Assembly: GCA_964016885.1 (NCBI GenBank)
Contig: OZ024741.1
Coordinates: 24,366,001 to 24,430,000, forward strand
Direction: 5' to 3'
Origin: Eledone cirrhosa
Lineage: Eukaryota
Length of the DNA stretch: 64,000 nt
The notes beneath the pieces were generated by a model that did not search any database, had not been told where the DNA came from, and saw only the letters and a list, made by a program, of their open reading frames with translations. This document shows positions 1 to 13,900 of this stretch, piece after piece. Position 1 is the stretch's first letter. Each line of letters begins with the position of its first letter. Both the position numbers and the translations under genes were made by a program.

Positions 1-19
1 GACTGTGCTTCAGCCATGA

Positions 20-30
20 CCTAACCCTAA
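20..30 (-). repeat. Telomere-type motif CCTAACCCTAA (TTAGGGTTAGG on minus), present once in most monomers; first instance given
   Basis: Seen at monomer positions 20-30. Common variants are CCTAACTCTAA, CCTAACCTTAA and CCTAACACTAA. TTAGGG is the canonical telomere repeat of vertebrates and many other eukaryotes. Any function here is inferred only. Confidence 0.85.
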
Positions 31-662
31 TCCAGTACATATATAGTAAAAGACTGTGCTTCAGCTGTCACCTAACCCTAATCCAGTACATATATAGTAA
101 AAGACTGTGCTTCAGCCATTACCTAACCCTAATCCAGTACATATATAGTAAAAGACTGTGCTTCAGCTGTCACCTAACCCTAATCCAGTACATATATAGT
201 AAAAGACTGTGCTACAGCCATGACCTAACCCTAATCCAGTACATATATAGTAAAAGACTGTGCTTCATCTGTCACCTAACCCTAATCCAGTACATATATA
301 GTAAAAGACTGTGCTTCAGCCATGACTTAACCCTAATCCAGTACATATATAGTAAAAGACTGTGCTTCAGCTGTCACCTAACCCTAATCCTGTACATATG
401 TAGTAAAAGACTGTGCTTCAGCTGTCACCTAACCCTAATCCAGTACATATATAGTAAAGACCGTGCTTCAGCCATGACCTAACCCTAATCCAGTACATAT
501 ATAGTAAAAGACTGTGCTTCAGCTGTCACCTAACCCTAATCCAGTACATATATAGTAAATGACTGTGCTTCAGCTGTCACCTAACCCTAATCCAGTACAT
601 ATATAGTAAAAGACCGTGCCTCAGCTGTGACCTAACCCTAATCCAGTACATATATAGTAAAA

Positions 663-3600
663 GAGCGTGCCTCAGCTGTGACCTAACCCTAATCCAGTAC
701 ATATATAGTAAAAGACCGTGTTTCAGCCATGATCTAACCCTAATCCAGTACATATATAGTAAAAGATCATGCCTCAGCTGTGACCTAACCTTAATCCAGT
801 ACATATATAGTAAAAAACTGTGCCTCAGCTGTGACCTAACCCTAATCCAGTAAATATATAGTAAAAGAGCGTGCCTCAGCTGTGACCTAACCCTAATCCA
901 GTACATATATAGTAAAAGACCGTGCTTCAGCCATGACCTAACCCTAATCCAGTACATATATAGTAAAAGACTGTGCTTCAGCCATGACCTAACCCTAATC
1001 CAGTACATATATAGTAAAAGACTGTGCTTCAGCTGTCACCTAACCCTAATCCAGTACATATATATTAAATGACTGTGCTTCAGCCATGACCTAACCCTAA
1101 TCCAGTACATATATATTAAATGACTGTGCTTCAGCCATGACCTAACCCTAATCCAGTACATATATAGTAAAAGACTGTGCTTCAGCTGTCACCTAACTCT
1201 AATCCAGTACATATATAGTAAAAGACCGTGCCTCAGCCATGACCTTTCCCTAATCCAGTACATATATAGTAAAAGACTGTGCTTCAGCTGTCACCTAACC
1301 TTAATCCAGTACATATATAATAAAAGACCGTGCTTCAGCTGTCACCTAACCTTAATCCAGTACATATATAGTAAAAGACTGTGCTTCTGCTGTCACCTAA
1401 CTCTAATCCAGTACATATATAGAAAAAGACCGTGCCTCAGCCATGACCTAACCCTAATCCAGTACATATATAGTAAAAGTCTGTGCTTCAGCCATGACCT
1501 AACCCTAATCCAGTACATATATAGTAAAAGACTGTGCTTCAGCCATGACCTAACTCTAATCCAGTACATATATAGTAAAAGACTGTGCTTCAGCTGTCAC
1601 CTAACCCTAATCCAGTACATATATAGTAAAAGACCGTGCCTCAGCCATGACCTAACCCTAATCCAGTACATATATAGTAAAAGACTGTGCTTCAGCCATG
1701 ACCTAACCCTAATCCAGTACATATATAGTAAAAGACTGTGCTTCAGCCATGACCTAACTCTAATCCAGTACATATATAGTAAAAGACTGTGCTTCAGCTG
1801 TCACCTAACTCGAATCCAGTACATATATAGTAAAAAACTGTGCTTCAGCCATGACCCAACCCTAATCCCGTACATATATAGTAAAAGACTGTGCTTCAGC
1901 CATGACCTAACCCTAATCCAGTACATATATAGTAAAAGACTGTGCTTCAGCCATGACCTAACCCTAATCCAGTACATATATAGTAAAAGACTGTGCTTCA
2001 GCCATGACCTAACCCTAATCCAGTACATATATAGTAAAAGACTGTGCTTCAGCCATGACCTCACCCTAATCCAGTACATATATAGTAAAAGACTGTGCTT
2101 CAGCTGTCACCTAACTCTAATCCAGTACATATATAGTAAAAGACTGTGCTTCAGCTGTCACCTAACTCTAATCCAGTACATATATAGTAAAAGACCCTGC
2201 CTCAGCCATGACCTAACTCTAATCCAGTACATATATAGTAAAAGACTGTGCTTCAGCTGTCACCTAACCCTAATCCAGTACATATATAGTAAAAGACCGT
2301 GCCTCAGCCATGACCTAACCCTAATCCAGTACATATATAGTAAAAGACTGTGCTTCAGCCATGACCTAACCCTAATCCAGTACATATATAGTAAAAGACT
2401 GTGCTTCAGCTGTCACCTAACCCTAATCCAGTACATATATAGTAAAAGACTGTGCTTCAGCCATGACCTAACACAAATCCAGTACATATATAGTAAAAGA
2501 CTGTGCTTCAGCTGTCACCTAACTCTAATCCAGTACATATATAGTAAAAGACTGTGCTTCAGCTGTCACCTAACCCTAATCCAGTACATATATAGTAAAA
2601 GAGCGTGCCTCAGCTGTGACCTAACCCTAATCCAGTACATATATAGTAAAAGACCGTGTTTCAGCCATGATCTAACCCTAATCCAGTACATATATAGTAA
2701 AAGATCATGCCTCAGCTGTGACCTAACCTTAATCCAGTACATATATAGTAAAAAACTGTGCCTCAGCTGTGACCTAACCCTAATCCAGTAAATATATAGT
2801 AAAAGAGCGTGCCTCAGCTGTGACCTAACCCTAATCCAGTACATATATAGTAAAAGACCGTGCTTCAGCCATGACCTAACCCTAATCCAGTACATATATA
2901 GTAAAAGACTGTGCTTCAGCCATGACCTAACCCTAATCCAGTACATATATAGTAAAAGACTGTGCTTCAGCTGTCACCTAACCCTAATCCAGTACATATA
3001 TATTAAATGACTGTGCTTCAGCCATGACCTAACCCTAATCCAGTACATATATATTAAAAGACTGTGCTTCAGCCATGACCTAACCCTAATCCAGTACATA
3101 TATAGTAAAAGACTGTGCTTCAGCTGTCACCTAACTCTAATCCAGTACATATATAGTAAAAGACCGTGCCTCAGCCATGACCTTTCCCTAATCCAGTACA
3201 TATATAGTAAAAGACTGTGCTTCAGCTGTCACCTAACCTTTATCCAGTACATATATAATAAAAGACCGTGCTTCAGCTGTCACCTAACCTTAATCCAGTA
3301 CATATATAGTAAAAGACTGTGCTTCTGCTGTCACCTAACTCTAATCCAGTACATATATAGAAAAAGACCGTGCCTCAGCCATGACCTAACCCTAATCCAG
3401 TACATATATAGTAAAAGTCTGTGCTTCAGCCATGACCTAACCCTAATCCAGTACATATATAGTAAAAGACTGTGCTTCAGCCATGACCTAACTCTAATCC
3501 AGTACATATATAGTAAAAGACTGTGCTTCAGCTGTCACCTAACCCTAATCCAGTACATATATAGTAAAAGACCGTGCCTCAGCCATGACCTAACCCTAAT

Positions 3601-4487
3601 CCAGTACATATATAGTAAAAGACTGTGCTTCAGCCATGACCTAACCCTAATCCAGTACATATATAGTAAAAGACTGTGCTTCAGCCATGACCTAACTCTA
3701 ATCCAGTACATATATAGTAAAAGACTGTGCTTCAGCTGTCACCTAACTCGAATCCAGTACATATATAGTAAAAAACTGTGCTTCAGCCATGACCCAACCC
3801 TAATCCCGTACATATATAGTAAAAGACTGTGCTTCAGCCATGACCTAACCCTAATCCAGTACATATATAGTAAAAGACTGTGCTTCAGCCATGACCTAAC
3901 CCTAATCCAGTACATATATAGTAAAAGACTGTGCTTCAGCCATGACCTAACCCTAATCCAGTACATATATAGTAAAAGACTGTGCTTCAGCCATGACCTC
4001 ACCCTAATCCAGTACATATATAGTAAAAGACTGTGCTTCAGCTGTCACCTAACTCTAATCCAGTACATATATAGTAAAAGACTGTGCTTCAGCTGTCACC
4101 TAACTCTAATCCAGTACATATATAGTAAAAGACCCTGCCTCAGCCATGACCTAACTCTAATCCAGTACATATATAGTAAAAGACTGTGCTTCAGCTGTCA
4201 CCTAACCCTAATCCAGTACATATATAGTAAAAGACCGTGCCTCAGCCATGACCTAACCCTAATCCAGTACATATATAGTAAAAGACTGTGCTTCAGCCAT
4301 GACCTAACCCTAATCCAGTACATATATAGTAAAAGACTGTGCTTCAGCTGTCACCTAACCCTAATCCAGTACATATATAGTAAAAGACTGTGCTTCAGCC
4401 ATGACCTAACACAAATCCAGTACATATATAGTAAAAGACTGTGCTTCAGCTGTCACCTAACTCTAATCCAGTACATATATAGTAAAA
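663..4487 (+). repeat. Tandem duplication of a 38-monomer (1938 bp) block
   Basis: GAGCGTGCC at 663 and 2601, ACACAAATCC at 2471 and 4409, and identical ORFs at 1801 and 3739. All offsets are 1938 = 38x51. Confidence 0.9.
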
Positions 4488-7400
4488 GACTGTGCTTCAG
4501 CTGTCACCTAACTCTAATCCAGTACATATATAGTAAAAGACCCTGCCTCAGCCATGACCTAACTCTAATCCAGTACATATATAGTAAAAGACTGTGCTTC
4601 AGCTGTCACCTAACCCTAATCCAGTACATATATAGTAAAAGACCGTGCCTCAGCCATGACCTAACCCTAATCCAGTACATATATAGTAAAAGACTGTGCT
4701 TCAGCCATGACCTAACCCTAATCCAGTACATATATAGTAAAAGACTGTGCTTCAGCTGTCACCTAACCCTAATCCAGTACATATATAGTAAAAGACTGTG
4801 CTTCAGCCATGACCTAACACTAATCCAGTACATATATAATAAAAGACTGTGCTTCAGCTGTCACCTAACTCTAATCCAGTACATATATAGTTAAAGACTG
4901 TGCTTCAGCTGTCACCTAACCCTAATCCAGTACATATATAGTAAAAGACTGTGCTTCAGCCATGACCTAACCCTAATCCAGTACATATATAGTAAAAGAC
5001 TGTGCTTCAGCTATGACCTAACCCTAATCCAGTACATATATAGTAAAAGACTGTGCTTCAGCTGTCACCTAACCCTAATCCAGTACATATATAGTAAAAG
5101 ACTGTGCTTCAGCCATAACCTAACCCTAATCCAGTACATATATAGTAAAAGACTGTGCTTCAGCCATGACCTAACCATAATCCAGTACATATATAGTAAA
5201 AGACTGTGCTTCAGACATGACCTAACCCTAATCCAGTACATATATAGTAAAAGACTGTGCTTCAGCCATGACCTAACCCTAATCCAGTACATATATAGTA
5301 AAAGACTGTGCTTCAGCTGTCACCTAACCCTAATCCAGTACATATATAGTAAAAGACTGTGCTTCAGCCATAACCTAACCCTAATCCAGTACATATATAG
5401 TAAAAGACTGTGCTTCAGCCATAACCTAACCCTAATCCAGTACATATATAGTAAAAGACTGTGCTTCAGCCATAACCTAACCCTAATCCAGTACATATAT
5501 AGTAAAAGACTGTGCTTCAGCCATGACCTAACCCTAATCCAGTATATATATAGTAAAAGACTGTGCTTCAGCCATGACCTAACCCTAATCCAGTACATAT
5601 ATAGTAAAAGACTGTGCTTCAGCCATGACCTAACCCTAATCCAGTACATATATAGTAAAAGACTGTGCTTCAGCCATGACCTAACCCTAATCCAGTACAT
5701 ATATAGTAAAAGACTGTGCTTCAGCCATAACCTAACCCTAATCCAGTACATATATAGTAAAAGACTGTGCTTCAGCCATGACCTAACCCTAATCCAGTAC
5801 ATATATAGTAAAAGACTGTGCTTCAGCCATGACCTAACCCTAATCCAGTACATATATAGTAAAAGACTGTGCTTCAGCTGTCACCTAACTCTAATCCAGT
5901 ACATATATAGTAAAAGACTGTGCTTCAGCTGTCACCTAACTCTAATCCAGTACATATATAGTAAAAGACCCTGCCTCAGCCATGACCTAACTCTAATCCA
6001 GTACATATATAGTAAAAGACTGTGCTTCAGCTGTCACCTAACCCTAATCCAGTACATATATAGTAAAAGACCGTGCCTCAGCCATGACCTAACCCTAATC
6101 CAGTACATATATAGTAAAAGACTGTGCTTCAGCCATGACCTAACCCTAATCCAGTACATATATAGTAAAAGACTGTGCTTCAGCTGTCACCTAACCCTAA
6201 TCCAGTACATATATAGTAAAAGACTGTGCTTCAGCCATGACCTAACACTAATCCAGTACATATATAGTAAAAGGCTGTGCTTCAGCTGTCACCTAACTCT
6301 AATCCAGTACATATATAGTAAAAGACTGTGCTTCAGCTGTCACCTAACCCTAATCCAGTACATATATAGTAAAAGACTGTGCTTCAGCCATGACCTAACC
6401 CTAATCCAGTACATATATAGTAAAAGACTGTGCTTCAGCCATGACCTAACCCTAATCCAGTACATATATAGTAAAAGACTGTGCTTCAGCTGTCACCTAA
6501 CCCTAATCCAGTAAATATATAGTAAAAGACTGTGCTTCAGCCATAACCTAACCCTAATCCAGTACATATATAGTAAAAGACTGTGCTTCAGCCATGACCT
6601 AACCATAATCCAGTACATATATAGTAAAAGACTGTGCTTCAGCCATGACCTAACCCTAATCCAGTACATATATAGTAAAAGACTGTGCTTCAGCCATGAC
6701 CTAACCCTAATCCAGTACATATATAGTAAAAGACTGTGCTTCAGCTGTCACCTAACCCTAATCCAGTACATATATAGTAAAAGACTGTGCTTCAGCCATT
6801 ACCTAACCCTAATACAGTACATATATAGTAAAAGACTGTGCTTCAGCTGTCACCTAACCCTAATCCAGTACATATATAGTAAAAGACTGTGCTTCAGCCA
6901 TGACCTAACCCTAATCCAGTACATATATAGTAAAAGACTGTGCTTCAGCTGTCACCTAACCCTAATCCAGTACATATATAGTAAAAGACTGTGCTTCAGC
7001 CATGACCTAACCCTAATCCAGTACATATATAGTAAAAGACTGTGCTTCAGCTGTCACCAAACCCTAATCCTGTACATATGTAGTAAAAGACTGTGCTTCA
7101 GCTGTCACCTAACCCTAATCCAGTACATATATAGTAAAGACCGTGCTTCAGCCATGACCTAACCCTAATCCAGTACATATATAGTAAAAGACTGTGCTTC
7201 AGCTGTCACCTAACCCTAATCCAGTACATATATAGTAAAAGACTGTGCTTCAGCCATGACCTAACTCTAATCCAGTACATATATAGTAAAAGACTGTGCT
7301 TCAGCTGTCACCTAACTCGAATCCAGTACATATATAGTAAAAAACTGTGCTTCAGCCATGACCCAACCCTAATCCCGTACATATATAGTAAAAGACTGTG

Positions 7401-10400
7401 CTTCAGCCATGACCTAACCCTAATCCAGTACATATATAGTAAAAGACTGTGCTTCAGCCATGACCTAACCCTAATCCAGTACATATATAGTAAAAGACTG
7501 TGCTTCAGCCATGACCTAACCCTAATCCAGTACATATATAGTAAAAGACTGTGCTTCAGCCATGACCTCACCCTAATCCAGTACATATATAGTAAAAGAC
7601 TGTGCTTCAGCTGTCACCTAACTCTAATCCAGTACATATATAGTAAAAGACCCTGCCTCAGCCATGACCTAACTCTAATCCAGTACATATATAGTAAAAG
7701 ACTGTGCTTCAGCTGTCACCTAACCCTAATCCAGTACATATATAGTAAAAGACCGTGCCTCAGCCATGACCTAACCCTAATCCAGTACATATATAGTAAA
7801 AGACTGTGCTTCAGCCATGACCTAACCCTAATCCAGTACATATATAGTAAAAGACTGTGCTTCAGCTGTCACCTAACCCTAATCCAGTACATATATAGTA
7901 AAAGACTGTGCTTCAGCCATGACCTAACACAAATCCAGTACATATATAGTAAAAGACTGTGCTTCAGCTGTCACCTAACTCTAATCCAGTACATATATAG
8001 TAAAAGACTGTGCTTCAGCTGTCACCTAACTCTAATCCAGTACATATATAGTAAAAGACCCTGCCTCAGCCATGACCTAACTCTAATCCAGTACATATAT
8101 AGTAAAAGACTGTGCTTCAGCTGTCACCTAACCCTAATCCAGTACATATATAGTAAAAGACCGTGCCTCAGCCATGACCTAACCCTAATCCAGTACATAT
8201 ATAGTAAAAGACTGTGCTTCAGCCATGACCTAACCCTAATCCAGTACATATATAGTAAAAGACTGTGCTTCAGCTGTCACCTAACCCTAATCCAGTACAT
8301 ATATAGTAAAAGACTGTGCTTCAGCCATGACCTAACACTAATCCAGTACATATATAATAAAAGACTGTGCTTCAGCTGTCACCTAACTCTAATCCAGTAC
8401 ATATATAGTTAAAGACTGTGCTTCAGCTGTCACCTAACCCTAATCCAGTACATATATAGTAAAAGACTGTGCTTCAGCCATGACCTAACCCTAATCCAGT
8501 ACATATATAGTAAAAGACTGTGCTTCAGCTATGACCTAACCCTAATCCAGTACATATATAGTAAAAGACTGTGCTTCAGCTGTCACCTAACCCTAATCCA
8601 GTACATATATAGTAAAAGACTGTGCTTCAGCCATAACCTAACCCTAATCCAGTACATATATAGTAAAAGACTGTGCTTCAGCCATGACCTAACCATAATC
8701 CAGTACATATATAGTAAAAGACTGTGCTTCAGACATGACCTAACCCTAATCCAGTACATATATAGTAAAAGACTGTGCTTCAGCCATGACCTAACCCTAA
8801 TCCAGTACATATATAGTAAAAGACTGTGCTTCAGCTGTCACCTAACCCTAATCCAGTACATATATAGTAAAAGACTGTGCTTCAGCCATAACCTAACCCT
8901 AATCCAGTACATATATAGTAAAAGACTGTGCTTCAGCCATAACCTAACCCTAATCCAGTACATATATAGTAAAAGACTGTGCTTCAGCCATAACCTAACC
9001 CTAATCCAGTACATATATAGTAAAAGACTGTGCTTCAGCCATGACCTAACCCTAATCCAGTATATATATAGTAAAAGACTGTGCTTCAGCCATGACCTAA
9101 CCCTAATCCAGTACATATATAGTAAAAGACTGTGCTTCAGCCATGACCTAACCCTAATCCAGTACATATATAGTAAAAGACTGTGCTTCAGCCATGACCT
9201 AACCCTAATCCAGTACATATATAGTAAAAGACTGTGCTTCAGCCATAACCTAACCCTAATCCAGTACATATATAGTAAAAGACTGTGCTTCAGCCATGAC
9301 CTAACCCTAATCCAGTACATATATAGTAAAAGACTGTGCTTCAGCCATGACCTAACCCTAATCCAGTACATATATAGTAAAAGACTGTGCTTCAGCTGTC
9401 ACCTAACTCTAATCCAGTACATATATAGTAAAAGACTGTGCTTCAGCTGTCACCTAACTCTAATCCAGTACATATATAGTAAAAGACCCTGCCTCAGCCA
9501 TGACCTAACTCTAATCCAGTACATATATAGTAAAAGACTGTGCTTCAGCTGTCACCTAACCCTAATCCAGTACATATATAGTAAAAGACCGTGCCTCAGC
9601 CATGACCTAACCTTAATCCAGTACATATATAGTAAAAGACTGTGCTTCAGCCATGACCTAACACTAATCCAGTACATATATAGTAAAAGGCTGTGCTTCA
9701 GCTGTCACCTAACTCTAATCCAGTACATATATAGTAAAAGACTGTGCTTCAGCTGTCACCTAACCCTAATCCAGTACATATATAGTAAAAGACTGTGCTT
9801 CAGCCATGACCTAACCCTAATCCAGTACATATATAGTAAAAGACTGTGCTTCAGCCATGACCTAACCCTAATCCAGTACATATATAGTAAAAGACTGTGC
9901 TTCAGCTGTCACCTAACCCTAATCCAGTAAATATATAGTAAAAGACTGTGCTTCAGCCATAACCTAACCCTAATCCAGTACATATATAGTAAAAGACTGT
10001 GCTTCAGCCATGACCTAACCATAATCCAGTACATATATAGTAAAAGACTGTGCTTCAGCCATGACCTAACCCTAATCCAGTACATATATAGTAAAAGACT
10101 GTGCTTCAGCCATGACCTAACCCTAATCCAGTACATATATAGTAAAAGACTGTGCTTCAGCCATGACCTAACCCTAATCCAGTACATATATAGTAAAAGA
10201 CTGTGCTTCAGCTGTCACCTAACCCTAATCCAGTACATATATAGTAAAAGACTGTGCTTCAGCCATTACCTAACCCTAATACAGTACATATATAGTAAAA
10301 GACTGTGCTTCAGCTGTCACCTAACCCTAATCCAGTACATATATAGTAAAAGACTGTGCTTCAGCCATGACCTAACCCTAATCCAGTACATATATAGTAA

Positions 10401-13400
10401 AAGACTGTGCTTCAGCTGTCACCTAACCCTAATCCAGTACATATATAGTAAAAGACTGTGCTTCAGCCATGACCTAACCCTAATCCAGTACATATATAGT
10501 AAAAGACTGTGCTTCAGCTGTCACCAAACCCTAATCCTGTACATATGTAGTAAAAGACTGTGCTTCAGCTGTCACCTAACCCTAATCCAGTACATATATA
10601 GTAAAGACCGTGCTTCAGCCATGACCTAACCCTAATCCAGTACATATATAGTAAAAGACTGTGCTTCAGCTGTCACCTAACCCTAATCCAGTACATATAT
10701 AGTAAATGACTGTGCTTCAGCTGTCACCTAACCCTAATCCAGTACATATATAGTAAAAGACCGTGCCTCAGCTGTGACCTAACCCTAATCCAGTACATAT
10801 ATAGTAAAAGAGCGTGCCTCAGCTATGACCTAACCCTAATCCAGTACATATATAGTAAAAGACCGTGCTTCAGCCACGATCTAACCCTAATCCAGTACAT
10901 ATATAGTAAAAGATCATGCCTCAGCTCTGACCTAACCTTAATCCAGTACATATATAGTAAAAGACTGTGCTTCAGCCATGACCTAACCCTAATCCAGTAC
11001 ATATATAATAAAAGACTGTGCTTCAGCCATGACCTAACCCTAATCCAGTACATATATAGTAAAAGACTGTGCTTCAGCTGTCACCTAACTCTAATCCAGT
11101 ACATATATAGTAAAAGACTGTGCTTCAGCTGTCACCTAACTCTAATCCAGTACATATATAGTAAAAGACCCTGCCTCAGCCATGACCTAACTCTAATCCA
11201 GTACATATGTAGTAAAAGACTGTGCTTCAGCTGTCACCTAACCCTAATCCAGTACATATATAGTAAAAGACCGTGCCTCAGCCATGACCTAACCCTAATC
11301 CAGTACATATATAGTAAAAGACTGTGCTTCAGCCATGACCTAACCCTAATCCAGTACATATATAGTAAAAGACTGTGCTTCAGCTGTCACCTAACCCTAA
11401 TCCAGTACATATATAGTAAAAGACTGTGTTTCAGCCATGACCTAACACTAATCCAGTACATATATAGTAAAAGACTGTGCTTCAGCTGTCACCTAACTCT
11501 AATCCAGTACATATATAGTAAAAGACTGTGCTTCAGCTGTCACCTAACCCTAATCCAGTACATATATAGTAAAAAACTGTGCTTCAGCCATGACCTAACC
11601 CTAATCCAGTACATATATAGTAAAAGACTGTGCTTCAGCTATGACCTAACCCTAATCCAGTACATATATAGTAAAAGACTGTGCTTCAGCTGTCACCTAA
11701 CCCTAATCCAGTACATATATAGTAAAAGACTGTGCTTCAGCGATAACCTAACCCTAATCCAGTACATATATAGTAAAAGACTGTGCTTCAGCCATGACCT
11801 AACCATAATCCAGTACATATATAGTAAAAGATTGTGCTTCAGCCATGACCTAACCCTAATCCAGTACATATATAGTAAAAGACTGTGCTTTAGCCATGAC
11901 CTAACCCTAATCCAGTACATATATAGTAAAAGACTGTGCTTCAGCTGTCACCTAACCCTAATCCAGTACATATATAGTAAAAGACTGTGCTTCAGCCATA
12001 ACCTAACCCTAATCCAGTACATATATAGTAAAAGACTGTGCTTCAGCCATAACCTAACCCTAATCCAGTACATATATAGTAAAAGACTGTGCTTCAGCCA
12101 TAACCTAACCCTAATCCAGTACATATATAGTAAAAGACTGTGCTTCAGCCATGACCTAACCCTAATCCAGTACATATATAGTAAAAGACTGTGCTTCAGG
12201 CATGACCTAACCCTAATCCAGTACATATATAGTAAAAGACTGTGCTTCAGCCATGACCTAACCCTAATCCAGTACATATATAGTAAAAGACTGTGCTTCA
12301 GCCATGACCTAACCCTAATCCAGTACATATATAGTAAAAGGCTGTGCTTCAGCCATAACCTAACCCTAATCCAGTACATATATAGTAAAAGACTGTGCTT
12401 CAGCCATGACCTAACCCTAATCCAGTACATATATAGTAAAAGACTGTGCTTCAGCCATGACCTAACCCTAATCCAGTACATATATAGTAAAAGACTGTGC
12501 TTCAGCAATGACCTAACGCTAATCCAGTACATATATAGTAAAAGACTGTGCTTCAGCTGTCACCTAACTCTAATCCAGTACATATATAGTAAAAGACTGT
12601 GCTTCAGCTGTCACCTAACTCTAATCCAGTACATATATAGTAAAAGACCCTGCCTCAGCCATGACCTAACTCTAATCCAGTACATATATAGTAAAAGACT
12701 GTGCTTCAGCTGTCACCTTACCCTAATCCAGTACATATATAGTAAAAGACCGTGCCTCAGCCATGACCTAACCCTAATCCAGTACATATATAGTAAAAGA
12801 CTGTGCTTCAGCCATGACCTAACCCTAATCCAGTACATATATAGTAAAAGACTGTGCTTCAGCTGTCACCTAACCCTAATCCAGTACATATATAGTAAAA
12901 GACTGTGCTTCAGCCATGACCTAACACTAATCCAGTACATATATAGTAAAAGACTGTGCTTCAGGCATGACCTAACCCTAATCCAGTACATATATAGTAA
13001 AAGACTGTGCTTCAGCCATGACCTAACCCTAATCCAGTACATATATAGTAAAAGACTGTGCTTCAGCCATGACCTAACCCTAATCCAGTACATATATAGT
13101 AAAAGACTGTGCTTCAGCCATGACCTAACCCTAATCCAGTACATATATAGTAAAAGACTGTGCTTCAGCTGTCACCTAACCCTAATCCAGTACATATATA
13201 GTAAAAGACTGTGCTTCAGCCATAACCTAACCCTAATCCAGTACATATATAGTAAAAGACTGTGCTTCAGCCATGACCTAACCATAATCCAGTACATATA
13301 TAGTAAAAGACTGTGCTTCAGCCATGACCTAACCCTAATCCAGTACATATATAGTAAAAGACTGTGCTTCAGCCATGACCTAACCCTAATCCAGTACATA

Positions 13401-13900
13401 TATAGTAAAAGACTGTGCTTCAGCCATGACCTAACCCTAATCCAGTACATATATAGTAAAAGACTGTGCTTCAGCTGTCACCTAACCCTAATCCAGTACA
13501 TATATAGTAAAAGACTTTGCTTCAGCCATTACCTAACCCTAATCCAGTACATATATAGTAAAAGACTGTGCTTCAGCTGTCACCTAACCCTAATCCAGTA
13601 CATATATAGTAAAAGACTGTGCTTCAGCCATGACCTAACCCTAATCCAGTACATATATAGTAAAAGACTGTGCTTCAGCTGTCACCTAACCCTAATCCAG
13701 TACATATATAGTAAAAGACTGTGCTTCAGCCATGACCTAACCCTAATCCAGTACATATATAGTAAAAGACTGTGCTTCAGCTGTCACCTAACCCTAATCC
13801 TGTACATATGTAGTAAAACACTGTGCTTCAGCTGTCACCTAACCCTAATCCAGTACATATATAGTAAAGACCGTGCTTCAGCCATGACCTAACCCTAATC
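3720..13900 (+). repeat. About three related 3.3-3.5 kb (64-70 monomer) higher-order units
   Basis: Identical ORFs at 5065/8583 and 5320/8838 (offset 3518 = 69x51-1), and at 3739/7308 (3569 = 70x51-1). The 1-bp-deletion marker ATAGTAAAGACCG occurs at 451, 7131, 10598 and 13861. Confidence 0.8.

Noticed and set aside
33-56. Hairpin, terminator or tRNA/ncRNA-like fold around CAGTACATATATAGTAAAAGACTG
   Set aside because: Only 3-4 bp stems (TAC/GTA, CAGT/ACTG) are possible, and no recognisable RNA family features are visible.
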